A DNA stretch of 64,000 nt from a virus (IMGVR_UViG_2706795442_000001), one strand, 5' to 3'; positions 20,118-29,914 are shown, counted from the stretch's first letter. Numbers and translations are program-made. The notes: generated from the letters alone by a model not told the origin.

Positions 20118-20629
20118 ACCAATGTTTTGATTTAGCTAACAAATATTGGAATAAATTATTTGGTGGACAATTAAAAGGTCAAGGCGCAGCTGATATTCCT
20201 AATGTTAATGATTTTAGTGGAAAAGCTACTGTTTATCAAAATACAACAAGTTTCTTAGCAAAACCAGGCGACATTGTTGTATGGGGTAGAAACTTTGGTC
20301 AAGGATATGGTCATGTAGCAGTTGTTGTTGAAGCAACATTGGATTACATTGTTGTAATTGAGAATAACTGGTTAGGTGGTGGATGGACTAGTGGACCGGC
20401 ACAAGGTGGTACTGGTTGGGAAAAAGCAACTAGACGCCGTCACAATTACGAGTTTTCTATGTGGTTCATCAGACCAAAATACAAAGACGAGAAAAAAATT
20501 ACTAATTATTCTGCTAAAACTAAAACGAAAAAACCAGCTGCTAAAAAGAAAAAAGCTAAAGAAATAAAACACATTAAAGATACAGTTAACGGTTATAAAT
20601 TACCAAAACGTAACGGTAAATTAAAAGGT
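20118..20629 (+). CDS. endolysin exon 2 (CHAP domain with catalytic Cys and His)
   Basis: Motifs QCFDLANKYW … GDIVVWG … GYGHVAVV … ENNW are present. Exon end placed after GGT 20627-20629; the track ORF runs to the stop at 20638. Confidence 0.65.
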
Positions 20630-21595
20630 GTCGTGTAAAATGCCTATAAATTAATTGACTTTTTTATTTCTTTATGATATAATGACTATATATTTATATA
20701 TATAGGAGGATATTATATGAAAGAAATTTGGAAAGATGTTCCTAATTATGAAGGAAAATATCAAGTGTCTAATAAAGGAAGAGTTAAATCAATTAAAAGA
20801 ACAGTAAAACATAACGGGAGTAAAACTAGGACATTTCCAGAGAAGATTTTAAAACCAAACAAAGTGTCTTTTGATTATTTACAGGTCACATTATATAATA
20901 ATGGTAAAAGAAAATGTAGATATATACACAATTTAGTTATGGAATCTTTTATTGGTAAGAAGCCAAACGGTTATGAAGTTAACCATATAGACGAAGATAA
21001 ATCTAATAATCAATTAGAAAATTTAGAATATATAACAAGAAAAGAAAACAATAATTATGGAACTCGAATAGAACGGATGATTAAATCAAACGTTAATGGT
21101 AAAAAGAGTAAAAAAGTCAAAGGGACCCATTTAAAAACAGGAGAAATAGTTATTTTTCCATCAATATCCGAAGCGCAAAGACAAGGATATGGACCAAAAA
21201 TATCAGAAGTTTGCAATGGAAATAGAAATCATTCCGGTGGTTATAAATGGGAATTTATAAAATAGCACTGCATAGAAAGGAAACTACTATGTACTAAAAA
21301 CATAAATTGCTTAGAAGAACCTTAGAGCCTTAATGCCACAATATAGCTGAAAAGACTGTATGAAGGATTAAAAAGTTTAAGGATTGGTTTGTTTAGCATC
21401 GCTACTCCTAAGTCTTTTAGATATGGAGAACGTTCAACGACTAGACGATTGGCTCGTCGTAGGGTTTAAGTAAACTCGAAAGAAGAACTACCTAAGTATT
21501 TTATATATGGTAGAAAGATATAGTCTGGACACGCCTTTAATAGGGGTGCTAGGAATCGACCTAGAATTAGATTAACGACCTAATGAAACGTTTCG
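20630..21595 (+). mobile_element. group I intron 2 in the endolysin gene, carrying an HNH homing endonuclease
   Basis: The CHAP frame stops at 20636-20638. The amidase frame reopens after stops at 21581-21586. GUGUA at 20633-37 is complementary to the 3' exon start UACAC (P10). The intron shares the 16-nt core GAACGTTCAACGACTA with intron 1. Exact boundaries are tentative. Confidence 0.5.
20717..21265 (+). CDS. HNH homing endonuclease, I-HmuI-like (NUMOD4 + HNH_3)
   Basis: RBS TAGGAGGA is present. Motifs WKDVPNYEGKYQVSNKGRVKS and NHIDEDKSNNQLENLEYITRKEN are present. Confidence 0.8.
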   Translation: MKEIWKDVPNYEGKYQVSNKGRVKSIKRTVKHNGSKTRTFPEKILKPNKVSFDYLQVTLYNNGKRKCRYIHNLVMESFIGKKPNGYEVNHIDEDKSNNQLENLEYITRKENNNYGTRIERMIKSNVNGKKSKKVKGTHLKTGEIVIFPSISEAQRQGYGPKISEVCNGNRNHSGGYKWEFIK

Positions 21596-22438
21596 ATACA
21601 CAATGATGCCGGAAGTAAATATGCTACAGCAGAAGCTTATCGTAATGGATTAGTTAATGCTCCATTATCAAGACTTGAAGCCGGTATTGCGCATGCTTAC
21701 GGCTCCGGTAATACAATTTGGCAAGCATTAGATAAATCACAAGTAGGCTGGCACACAGCAAATCCTGTTGGTAACAACGGTTATTATGGTTATGAAGTTT
21801 GTCAATCTATGGGTGCAGATGACAAAACATTCTTAGCAAATGAACAACTAGTATTCCAAGATGCTGCTAGACTTTTAAAAGAAGAAGGACTACCAGCAAA
21901 CAGAAATACTGTTCGTCTACATTGTGAATTTGTTCGTACTTCATGTCCACATAGAAGTGCTAAACTACACACAGGATTTGACCCTGTTACTCAAGGTTTA
22001 TTACCTAAAGACAAACAGTTACAATTAAAAGATTATTTCATTAAACAAATCAGACAATATATGGATGGTAAAATACCTACTGCAACAGTTGTTAAAAGTA
22101 CAAGTGCTTCTAGTAACACTGTTAAACCAGTAGCATCTGGTTGGAAACGTAATAATTACGGCACTTATTATAAATCAGAAAATGCAACTTATAGCAATGG
22201 TAACACACCAATTATCACACGTACAGTAGGACCATTTAGAAGCTGTCCTCAAGCAGGATTGTTACCAGCTGGAGCAACTATTGTATATGATACAGTTTGT
22301 TTACAAGACTATCATGTTTGGGTAAGTTATGTAACTAACAAAGGTTACAGAGTATGGCTACCTATTAGAACATGGAATGGTGTAGCTCCTGGAAACGCAG
22401 GATATGCTGTAGGACCATTATGGGGATATATCAGCTAA
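21596..22438 (+). CDS. endolysin exon 3: amidase_2 (N-acetylmuramoyl-L-alanine amidase) plus SH3b cell-wall-binding domain
   Basis: Motifs IHNDAG…[18 protein letters not shown]…[15 protein letters not shown] are present. The SH3_5-like C-terminus reads [14 protein letters not shown]…[13 protein letters not shown]…[10 protein letters not shown]. Confidence 0.75.
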   Translation: MHNDAGSKYATAEAYRNGLVNAPLSRLEAGIAHAYGSGNTIWQALDKSQVGWHTANPVGNNGYYGYEVCQSMGADDKTFLANEQLVFQDAARLLKEEGLPANRNTVRLHCEFVRTSCPHRSAKLHTGFDPVTQGLLPKDKQLQLKDYFIKQIRQYMDGKIPTATVVKSTSASSNTVKPVASGWKRNNYGTYYKSENATYSNGNTPIITRTVGPFRSCPQAGLLPAGATIVYDTVCLQDYHVWVSYVTNKGYRVWLPIRTWNGVAPGNAGYAVGPLWGYIS

Positions 22439-22480
22439 AATAAAAGACAGGTTTTATTCTGTATAAAAGTCGTCAACCAT

Positions 22481-22520
22481 GCGCTTTATAAGCGTTTTGT
22501 TAGGCGTACCTAACTTTTTT
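22481..22520 (+). terminator. tandem-hairpin intrinsic terminator after the lysin
   Basis: First stem GCGCTTtatAAGCG; second stem GTTAGGCGTACCTAAC; then TTTTTT. Confidence 0.6.
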
Positions 22521-22573
22521 ACCCTCTACTTTTTATGTAGGGGGGTATTTACATATTAATGGAGGTTATTATA

Positions 22574-23554
22574 ATGGAAAGAAACAATATTTATAGTGAA
22601 GAAATATATAATAAAGTAAATGATGAATCAAAAGAGCTTTTAAATGATTATATATTAGAGTTAAAGGTTCGTAACCGAGCTAAAAAAACAATTGCACAGT
22701 ATGAGTTTGATTGCAAAATGTTTATGTGTTATGTTTATGATAACATGAATAATAAATCATTACTCGATTTAAAACGTAGAGATTTTAGAAATTTCTTTTT
22801 ATTCTTAAAAGAAAGTGGTAAATCAGCAGCAAGAATTAATCGTGTTCAATCTTCAATAAGAAATCTTTTACAATTTGCAGAAGATGACGAAGAAATATAC
22901 GAAGATTATGAAGTTAATCCTATGAGAAAAATTAAATCAGTTGAGAAAGAACCTGTTAGAGAGATTGTGTTCTTAACAGATGAACAAGTTACTTATTTAA
23001 TTGATTATTTATTAGAGAAAGGTAAAACACAAAAAGCATTGTTTGTTAGTTTTGCTTATGATAGCGTAGCTCGTAGAAATGAAATATCACAAGTTCAAAA
23101 ATATAGTTTCCAAGACACAACTAAATCAAGCACTAACGAAGTTGTGGGTAAACGTGGGAAGAAATTTAAATTAATGTATTCTCAACGTACTAAAGACCTT
23201 GCTAAAGAATGGTTAGCTGAACGTGGAGAAGATAATGTTGATAGCTTGTGGATAAGTTATTATAATGGTAAACCACGTGCTATTGTATATGACACATTTT
23301 ATTCTTGGGCTATATCATTTAGAAGTATATTAGAAGAAAAATACGATGTAGATTTACCATTAAATGCTCACTCATTTCGTCATAGTGGAGCTGAAAACTA
23401 TGAAAATGGTACACATAGCTCATTACAATTTATGGGTAAAGATAGCTTAAACATAAACGAACTAAAAATATTAATGAATCATGAAAGTATTGATATTACT
23501 AATAGTTATTTAAGAAATAAAGACCAAGAAATATTGGAAAATTTATTCTCATAA
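22574..23554 (+). CDS. tyrosine recombinase / integrase family protein
   Basis: GGAGG lies 8 nt before ATG 22574. C-terminal motifs are AHSFRHSG (HxxR) and ITNSYL (catalytic Tyr). The N-terminus is SAM-like. Confidence 0.7.
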   Translation: MERNNIYSEEIYNKVNDESKELLNDYILELKVRNRAKKTIAQYEFDCKMFMCYVYDNMNNKSLLDLKRRDFRNFFLFLKESGKSAARINRVQSSIRNLLQFAEDDEEIYEDYEVNPMRKIKSVEKEPVREIVFLTDEQVTYLIDYLLEKGKTQKALFVSFAYDSVARRNEISQVQKYSFQDTTKSSTNEVVGKRGKKFKLMYSQRTKDLAKEWLAERGEDNVDSLWISYYNGKPRAIVYDTFYSWAISFRSILEEKYDVDLPLNAHSFRHSGAENYENGTHSSLQFMGKDSLNINELKILMNHESIDITNSYLRNKDQEILENLFS

Positions 23555-23555
23555 A

Positions 23556-23588
23556 AAACAAGACTACTGTAATAGTAGTCTTTATACA
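23556..23588. terminator. bidirectional terminator between convergent genes
   Basis: Stem AAGACTACTgtaatAGTAGTCTT flanked by an A-run and a T-run. Confidence 0.55.
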
Positions 23589-23590
23589 TA

Positions 23591-23911
23591 TTATTCTAAC
23601 TCTAAATAAGAGCCAATTATTTTAATATCTTTTGAATCAAAGTTGGCTAGGCTTTCAACAATATTAGCATTCAGTCCTCTAATATTAGCTACACCATCTA
23701 TAATTTCATCAACGTAAAACATAAGACCATCAATTTCTAACATATCAAATGTAAATATATTATTATTATTCTTGTCCACTTTTCCTACTGTTACACATGT
23801 AGTACAATGAATATTGTGATGTAGTCTACCAAAATTCCATTTATCATCATCAATAAGTTCTGCATTGTGATACATTATTTTATTAGCATTATCCCAAATT
23901 TTAAATTCCAT
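23591..23911 (-). CDS. YopX-like protein
   Basis: N-terminus MEFKIWDNANKIMYH matches the YopX start signature. Confidence 0.45.
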   Translation of the reverse strand: MEFKIWDNANKIMYHNAELIDDDKWNFGRLHHNIHCTTCVTVGKVDKNNNNIFTFDMLEIDGLMFYVDEIIDGVANIRGLNANIVESLANFDSKDIKIIGSYLELE

Positions 23912-24142
23912 TCATTCATCAACCTTTTCTAATTTTACTTTAGATAATACAGAATAATCTACTTCTCCTAGTTCAACTAAATCTAATAACATTTCGTCAT
24001 AAGATACATTGTTCATTATATATGAATACCTTTTAGCAATAACTTTTCTTAGTTGTTGAATAAATGTGTTAAATGACACTCTTCTATTTATTTGGTGGTG
24101 CAATTGAGCAAACCACTCTTTACTAGTTATTTGTTGCTCCAT
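23912..24142 (-). CDS. hypothetical protein
   Basis: ORF in a tightly packed minus-strand operon. Confidence 0.4.
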   Translation of the reverse strand: MEQQITSKEWFAQLHHQINRRVSFNTFIQQLRKVIAKRYSYIMNNVSYDEMLLDLVELGEVDYSVLSKVKLEKVDE

Positions 24143-24426
24143 ACATCCTCCTTAAGTGAATAGTAGTCTTCTGATATATTGTTTAAAATATATTCTTTGA
24201 CTAAATTATACTTTAAATTTTGATAACTATACCATCTTTCTAACATATCATAAGGGAAATAGATATAGTGTTTTTGTTTTGTTATCATATTGGTAATTTC
24301 AGCTTCTACCATATCTGGCAAATTATTATCTATTTCAGTCACTTTAAAATACTCAAAAGTCATTCTCTTTAGAATATTAGTGATTCTCTCTTTTATCATT
24401 AATAAATTCCTCCGGATAACTTGCAA
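24127..24426 (-). CDS. hypothetical protein
   Basis: ORF with start/stop overlap against its neighbour. Confidence 0.4.
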   Translation of the reverse strand: MQVIRRNLLMIKERITNILKRMTFEYFKVTEIDNNLPDMVEAEITNMITKQKHYIYFPYDMLERWYSYQNLKYNLVKEYILNNISEDYYSLKEDVWSNK

Positions 24427-24631
24427 TTGTTTTTACTGATGTTTCATATGGCGCTTTTAATGATAATGTTACTTGCGCTCCTAAAAATTCCTTATTTAAA
24501 CTAGTGTAATGAGATTTAACATTCACATTTAATACTTTATATCGTGGATAATTTTCAACAAACTCATTTAATCTATCGTTTAATTCTAAAATATCATTTC
24601 CATATACTTCATCAATAATTATTTTTTCCAT
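24377..24631 (-). CDS. hypothetical protein
   Basis: ORF present. Confidence 0.4.
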   Translation of the reverse strand: MEKIIIDEVYGNDILELNDRLNEFVENYPRYKVLNVNVKSHYTSLNKEFLGAQVTLSLKAPYETSVKTIASYPEEFINDKRENH

Positions 24632-24897
24632 TGTTTTTCCTCCTGTAAATTAACATCAATCTTAGTTGCCATATCTAATTTAATAAACATGCTTTGTAGT
24701 TCGAATTTAATTTTCTTTCCAATTATTTTGTTTTTTACTCCTTTTAATTTTCCTATTAAGGATATAGTTTCAAAAATCATATAACAAATATCATTATAAT
24801 CAGAAAGATATATGGCTTTTCTATTTTTATTATAGCATCTATTAAACTCAAAGTCAATTTGTCTTTTTAATTGTTTGATTTCTTCTAATAGCTCCAT
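24619..24897 (-). CDS. hypothetical protein
   Basis: ORF present. Confidence 0.4.
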   Translation of the reverse strand: MELLEEIKQLKRQIDFEFNRCYNKNRKAIYLSDYNDICYMIFETISLIGKLKGVKNKIIGKKIKFELQSMFIKLDMATKIDVNLQEEKQWKK

Positions 24898-24900
24898 TTA

Positions 24901-25434
24901 TCATTCTCCTTTTATCTCATTACACATATATTGTAACATATCTTGACTGTCTGCGTCAAGTACAATGTCAGCAAAATATGGAGCCGAAACAAATAAATCT
25001 CTGTCAACTGATAATCTTCTATTTACTTCATCAATAGAATCTCCACGTTCTTTTGCTCTCTGTCTGATTAAATCTTCAGAAGCATTTATATAAACGGAGG
25101 TTACTAAACTCCCAAACTCATCTTTAATAGCTCTAAGACCTTGTGGGTCAGTTATAACTATCTTTTCTTGTATTGGGATTAAATCTTCTTTTTTCATTGC
25201 ATAAATAAATGGCTCTTCTCTATATTTAGTATAAAAATATCTATGTCCAAAATATTGTGGCTTTTCTAGTTCTTCTGTTGAAACAAAATGATAATCTTTG
25301 CCATTAATTTCTCCATCTCTCATAGGTCTGTTAGTATATGTTGTTACTTGCTCAATTCCTGTAGATGTTACCAAATCTTTTACTAAAGTTGTTTTCCCAC
25401 TTAACATTTGACCAATTATTGCATATATTTCCAT
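24901..25434 (-). CDS. guanylate kinase-like nucleoside monophosphate kinase
   Basis: P-loop GQMLSGKTTL is present. TTYTNRPMRDGEINGKDYHFVS matches the Gmk TTRxPRxGExDGxDYxFvs motif. Confidence 0.6.
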   Translation of the reverse strand: MEIYAIIGQMLSGKTTLVKDLVTSTGIEQVTTYTNRPMRDGEINGKDYHFVSTEELEKPQYFGHRYFYTKYREEPFIYAMKKEDLIPIQEKIVITDPQGLRAIKDEFGSLVTSVYINASEDLIRQRAKERGDSIDEVNRRLSVDRDLFVSAPYFADIVLDADSQDMLQYMCNEIKGE

Positions 25435-25448
25435 AATAATTTTCTCCT

Positions 25449-25796
25449 TTATTTTTTGATATATACATCATATTTAGTGTCTAATTCTCTATGACCTGTT
25501 ATGAAATAAATTTTACTTTTCTTTGATACTGTATATGTTGTTTTCTTTATATAACTTTTATTGCTTTCATGTACTTTCACATCAACAGAAGATACTTCTG
25601 CTGTTTCATTGAATTGTTCTGCTGAAATTACTGTGCTAGTACTTTCTCTTAAAGCAAATGATTTAGGTAAATATAAAATGCGTATTAATGTTATAAAACC
25701 TACAATAGCTAAAATATAAAAGAAATTATTAAATCTAGTTACCCCTACATATAATGATACTACTGTCAAAACTAAAATAATAAAATAAAAAACCAT
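25449..25796 (-). CDS. membrane-anchored hypothetical protein
   Basis: N-terminus is hydrophobic. Confidence 0.4.
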   Translation of the reverse strand: MVFYFIILVLTVVSLYVGVTRFNNFFYILAIVGFITLIRILYLPKSFALRESTSTVISAEQFNETAEVSSVDVKVHESNKSYIKKTTYTVSKKSKIYFITGHRELDTKYDVYIKK

Positions 25797-25814
25797 ACTA
25801 ATAATAAACCCCCC

Positions 25815-26015
25815 TTAAATTATTCTATTAGCTTTCTCTAAAGCTAACAATAGTTCAGTCATTACATTTCTTTTTTCAGAATTAGAAACTGGTAAATCAA
25901 GATACTCCTTAATAATTTTATGTGCTTGAACATAACTTAGGTCATCAATACTTTCTGATTTACTTACTACTTTGTTTGCTTCATCATGTAAATTTTTAAT
26001 TTGTTTATTATTCAT
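25815..26015 (-). CDS. hypothetical protein
   Basis: ORF present. Confidence 0.35.
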   Translation of the reverse strand: MNNKQIKNLHDEANKVVSKSESIDDLSYVQAHKIIKEYLDLPVSNSEKRNVMTELLLALEKANRII

Positions 26016-26092
26016 AATAAATTCTCCTTTATCCTTTTGTTATATTATACTTTACGTTATACCTGTATATTTGTCAAGGTTTTTATCGTTGT

Positions 26093-26488
26093 TTATTTTA
26101 GATTGTCTATTGTTTCTTTAATTAAATAACCTTCTGGATTTGTTATTTCTTGAATACTCATAGGTACTCCTAGAATTACAGCACCTAGTAAAAGAAGAGT
26201 AAGAAAACCACTAACAATAAGAGCTATATAACCCAAATAAGTAGGGTCTACGTTTGAATTATAATCTTTTTCAAATAACATTGAAACATTACATTTAACA
26301 CATTTTTTATAAGATTTATATAAAACAATCCATGATATAATTGTAACAATTAAAATTGCTATAATAGATATTAAATCAAAAATCCCTTGCATAACGGTGT
26401 GTTTAATTAAACTTTCATATCCATGTGAACCAACTTTTTCTAACTTTTCTCCTAATTGATTAAAACTTTCTAATGTTTCCTTATTCAA
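26093..26488 (-). CDS. membrane protein
   Basis: Two to three TM segments are visible. Confidence 0.4.
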   Translation of the reverse strand: MNKETLESFNQLGEKLEKVGSHGYESLIKHTVMQGIFDLISIIAILIVTIISWIVLYKSYKKCVKCNVSMLFEKDYNSNVDPTYLGYIALIVSGFLTLLLLGAVILGVPMSIQEITNPEGYLIKETIDNLK

Positions 26489-26498
26489 AATAATTACC

Positions 26499-26999
26499 TC
26501 ACTTTTTTATTATGCTAATATCTAAAAAATCATTATCTCTTATTTTACGGTTCTCAATATTAATATTTTTATTATTTTCAAGATTAATTTTATCTCCTGA
26601 TTCTATGTTTTTACTGTGTCTAGAATTAATAACATACAATTCATTTTTAGTATCTTTAAAGTATATTTTTTGCTCTATTGCATCTCTATCATCTACTTTT
26701 GGTTTAAAGTTTTCTACTTCTGTTACTTTAGTATAGCCTTTTGTTTCATAAATTTTATCTTTGACAAGTAAATAATTCATTGTTAAACCAAAGATAGTAA
26801 CACCAAATACTAATGGAGGTATAACTATAGAATGAAGTATAAAAGATGAAGATAATTTTATTTTTTCTACACTTAAAAAGAATATTGAAAAAACAATAAC
26901 AGCAAATATAGATACAGTAATACCTGTTACAATAAGGTCAGCATTAAATTTTTCTTTTAAAAACTCAAAATAACCTATATCTACTTTATTTATACTCAT
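26499..26999 (-). CDS. membrane protein
   Basis: N-terminal TM segments are visible. Confidence 0.4.
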   Translation of the reverse strand: MSINKVDIGYFEFLKEKFNADLIVTGITVSIFAVIVFSIFFLSVEKIKLSSSFILHSIVIPPLVFGVTIFGLTMNYLLVKDKIYETKGYTKVTEVENFKPKVDDRDAIEQKIYFKDTKNELYVINSRHSKNIESGDKINLENNKNINIENRKIRDNDFLDISIIKK

Positions 27000-27000
27000 A

Positions 27001-27483
27001 TTAAATCCCCTTTATACTTTTTAGTAACTCATTATACTCATAAACATATCCTTTAACTTTTGAATGTTCTAATAACGATACAATATAATTTGAACTAGAC
27101 CCACTTTCAAAGTCTTCTGTTGAAACATCTGTATGATTAATTCTAAAATCAGATAAATAGATGCGTTCTTTTCCACCTACTAAATCAACATTAACTACAG
27201 CTCTATTAATAATACTTGAAGCACTCTCTGAATCATTTATATTTAAAAGTACTTCATCTTCAAATTCAATAATTGCTTTATCATAAATCTCTTTATTATT
27301 TACGTCATTAATACCACTATAAAATAAAATCTTTACGTGGTCTGTAACATCTGCAAGCATACCCGATTCTTCATCATAATTTAAATCTCCAGCAAGTACA
27401 GTACCACTAGGTAGTAAGCAAACATCACAATAATCAATAAATTCTTTGTTCATTGTATCCCAAACTATATATTTAAAAGCCAT
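27001..27483 (-). CDS. YopX-like protein
   Basis: N-terminus MAFKYIVWDTMNKEFIDY fits the YopX pattern. Confidence 0.45.
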   Translation of the reverse strand: MAFKYIVWDTMNKEFIDYCDVCLLPSGTVLAGDLNYDEESGMLADVTDHVKILFYSGINDVNNKEIYDKAIIEFEDEVLLNINDSESASSIINRAVVNVDLVGGKERIYLSDFRINHTDVSTEDFESGSSSNYIVSLLEHSKVKGYVYEYNELLKSIKGI

Positions 27484-27507
27484 TTCTCTTTAACTCCTTT
27501 TTTATTA

Positions 27508-27708
27508 TTACTGATTAGGTAAACCAGCTTCTAGACATTCATTATATGCTCTTTCGTTATCAATTTCTGTTCTATAATAATCAATAATTTGTCCGATTTC
27601 AAGATGTGTCATTTTGTTAATTTCACTAGCTTTATATATTTCATCATCTTTTAATCCGTATTCTTTTTGTAATCCTTGCACATATTTAATTTGTTTCTTT
27701 GTAGCCAT
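27508..27708 (-). CDS. hypothetical protein
   Basis: ORF present. Confidence 0.4.
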   Translation of the reverse strand: MATKKQIKYVQGLQKEYGLKDDEIYKASEINKMTHLEIGQIIDYYRTEIDNERAYNECLEAGLPNQ

Positions 27709-27714
27709 TATAGG

Positions 27715-27882
27715 TCATCCTTCTTTTTTAGTTTTGAATTCTTTATGCATTTTATCCCAAGATTCTGCTTTTCTATACACTTCTTCTATTTCTTTATCTA
27801 TATTATCACTATAAGAACCATATATTATATCTAAGACATCTTGTTTTTCTTTATAGTTAATATCATAAATGTTATATGACAT
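27715..27882 (-). CDS. small hypothetical protein (55 aa), not in the ORF track
   Basis: A strong RBS AAGGAGG lies 9 nt before ATG 27882. The ORF fills the gap between two annotated genes. Confidence 0.4.
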   Translation of the reverse strand: MSYNIYDINYKEKQDVLDIIYGSYSDNIDKEIEEVYRKAESWDKMHKEFKTKKEG

Positions 27883-27897
27883 TACTAAGTTCCTCCT

Positions 27898-28185
27898 TTA
27901 TTTAAAGTATAAATTAGATAAAAGTGCTAATTCCTTAATCTCTTTTCTACTAGTTAAACTTAAGTGTTTCTTTTTATTGCCTTTTATAATATCTATCTCG
28001 TATAACCAACCATCAAAGTATGGCTTGCTTAAATGCTTCATTAATTCTCTTTCTAAATAAATAGGGTGGTCTGCTTTAATGTATACACACTTAGAACTAG
28101 GTAAATACATTGAATATCTAAGTTGTTGTTGCTCAATCTTTTTTTCTGGGATATCGTTAAACCAATCCATAATACGATGCCACAT
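27898..28185 (-). CDS. hypothetical protein
   Basis: ORF present. Confidence 0.4.
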   Translation of the reverse strand: MWHRIMDWFNDIPEKKIEQQQLRYSMYLPSSKCVYIKADHPIYLERELMKHLSKPYFDGWLYEIDIIKGNKKKHLSLTSRKEIKELALLSNLYFK

Positions 28186-28605
28186 TTAATCTTTCCCCTC
28201 CTTTATTGTTACTATTATTATTACTATAACAGCTATTACAATAATTGTCAATATAATATATAGAATTAATATTGGATAAATAAAACATAACGCTAATATT
28301 GAAAATACACAACCACCTAATACACCACATAACAATAAATTATACCATTTAACTTTTTCTTCTTGATTAAAATCATTAAGAAAGATAATAACTATACTAA
28401 ATACAGAAAAAAACCAAATCATAGCGGGTATGGTTAAAATATATGATTGAATATTGAAATGGTTTAATAATAAACTAGGAAGTATTGCAATAAAAGATAT
28501 TACACCAATTATAATAACAATTCCAGCCAAAACTAATAACACTAATATTATAGGTAATATTAAGTATTCCCACAAATTTTTAAATAATCTTTTAATAAAA
28601 TCCAT
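28186..28605 (-). CDS. membrane protein (four TM)
   Basis: Highly hydrophobic. Confidence 0.45.
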   Translation of the reverse strand: MDFIKRLFKNLWEYLILPIILVLLVLAGIVIIIGVISFIAILPSLLLNHFNIQSYILTIPAMIWFFSVFSIVIIFLNDFNQEEKVKWYNLLLCGVLGGCVFSILALCFIYPILILYIILTIIVIAVIVIIIVTIKEGKD

Positions 28606-28637
28606 TAATTTTTTCTCCTTTTAATAGAATGCATGAT

Positions 28638-28913
28638 TTAGCTATTATTTCTCAATTCTTTTAAAGCATCTAAGTATTGTGTTAATCTATTAAAGTAAAC
28701 ATCTTCTACATAGTGTGTAGGAATATCTAAAGTTACTTCACTTTCCTGTGTAATCTCATACGTTCTTCCTGAATGATTTAAACCTAATAATTTATTTTCG
28801 TTCTTTTCAATAACTAGCATGGGCATATATCCTTCTATTGTAGAACCTTTAATAAATACTGAAACAAAATCTCCTACCTTTAAATTATTAACATCTTTAA
28901 TTTTTTCACTCAT
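28638..28913 (-). CDS. hypothetical protein
   Basis: ORF present. Confidence 0.4.
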   Translation of the reverse strand: MSEKIKDVNNLKVGDFVSVFIKGSTIEGYMPMLVIEKNENKLLGLNHSGRTYEITQESEVTLDIPTHYVEDVYFNRLTQYLDALKELRNNS

Positions 28914-28937
28914 AAATTAATCCTCCTATAAAATGTT

Positions 28938-29174
28938 TTACCCAGCATCATAATGGTTATCATTTAAATCATAATCTGCATTTACAGGTCTAACTCTATC
29001 CCAGTCTATACTTGCTTTAAATTTAGGTCTAAAACCCCCATCTCCATCAGCATATATAGAAACCGTTCTTGATGCACCTAAATTACCTAAGTATTCCATC
29101 TTATCTAGCATTGACATAAAATCATTAATCCATCTTTCTTCCATTTCAACTTCAATTGTAAATTTCTTTTTCAT
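28938..29174 (-). CDS. hypothetical protein
   Basis: ORF present. Confidence 0.4.
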   Translation of the reverse strand: MKKKFTIEVEMEERWINDFMSMLDKMEYLGNLGASRTVSIYADGDGGFRPKFKASIDWDRVRPVNADYDLNDNHYDAG

Positions 29175-29203
29175 AATATTTCCTCCTATATAAATTGTAT
29201 GTT

Positions 29204-29713
29204 TTAAATTCTTTCAATTGTATCAGTGTTTAAATTCAAACAATATTTTACCTTTTTATCTAGTCCTCCTTTAGTGAAACCCTCGGATGTTCCTTGCCCT
29301 TGCATATAAAAATACTTAAACAGTTCATTATTGTATCGTAAGTATATATCCATACCGAAATATGTTTCAATATAAAATGGAGGATATTCCATCACATTAT
29401 CATTGTAAAAGTTATTGATATACTTACAAATAGATTCTAACTCTTGATGCATAAACTCTTCACTTGAATATAGATGTTTATACTTATCTTTATAGAGATA
29501 CAGAATATCTTCTGTTGAGATACTTCCGAATATCTCAATTGTCTCAGTAAACATTTTATTTAAATCAAAATCTTTGTTTTTGGCTTTCTTTAAAATTAAA
29601 TTTCTTCTATTTTCTTTTTCTTTTAATCCATTATTAATGCTTTCTATTTGTTCATCAGTCATATTTGATATATTTTTCAATATTTTATCAAATTTGTCAT
29701 CTATATTACTCAT
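29204..29713 (-). CDS. hypothetical protein
   Basis: ORF present. Confidence 0.4.
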   Translation of the reverse strand: MSNIDDKFDKILKNISNMTDEQIESINNGLKEKENRRNLILKKAKNKDFDLNKMFTETIEIFGSISTEDILYLYKDKYKHLYSSEEFMHQELESICKYINNFYNDNVMEYPPFYIETYFGMDIYLRYNNELFKYFYMQGQGTSEGFTKGGLDKKVKYCLNLNTDTIERI

Positions 29714-29812
29714 ATAGTATCGCTCCTTATAAAATGATTCTTTTATTCTGTAATTTTAACGTCAACGACGGGCTTCATCGACTATTATTTAGGCTTGCCT
29801 AACTTTTATAAG

Positions 29813-29914
29813 CTACTTGTCTTTCTTTATGATATTTTTACTATAATTTTTGTTGCTATTAAACTGCAAATTACTTTTATCTTTTAAACTTTCTTTTTTC
29901 TTATCTTTTTCCAT
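29813..29914 (-). CDS. small Lys-rich ORF (33 aa)
   Basis: RBS AAAGGAG lies 7 nt before ATG 29914, between a promoter and the next gene. Confidence 0.3.
   Translation of the reverse strand: MEKDKKKESLKDKSNLQFNSNKNYSKNIIKKDK

Noticed and set aside
20372-20572. ORFs 20372-20572 (-) and 20376-20567 (+) overlapping the CHAP exon
   Set aside because: They are alternative-frame artefacts within a well-conserved CHAP domain frame.
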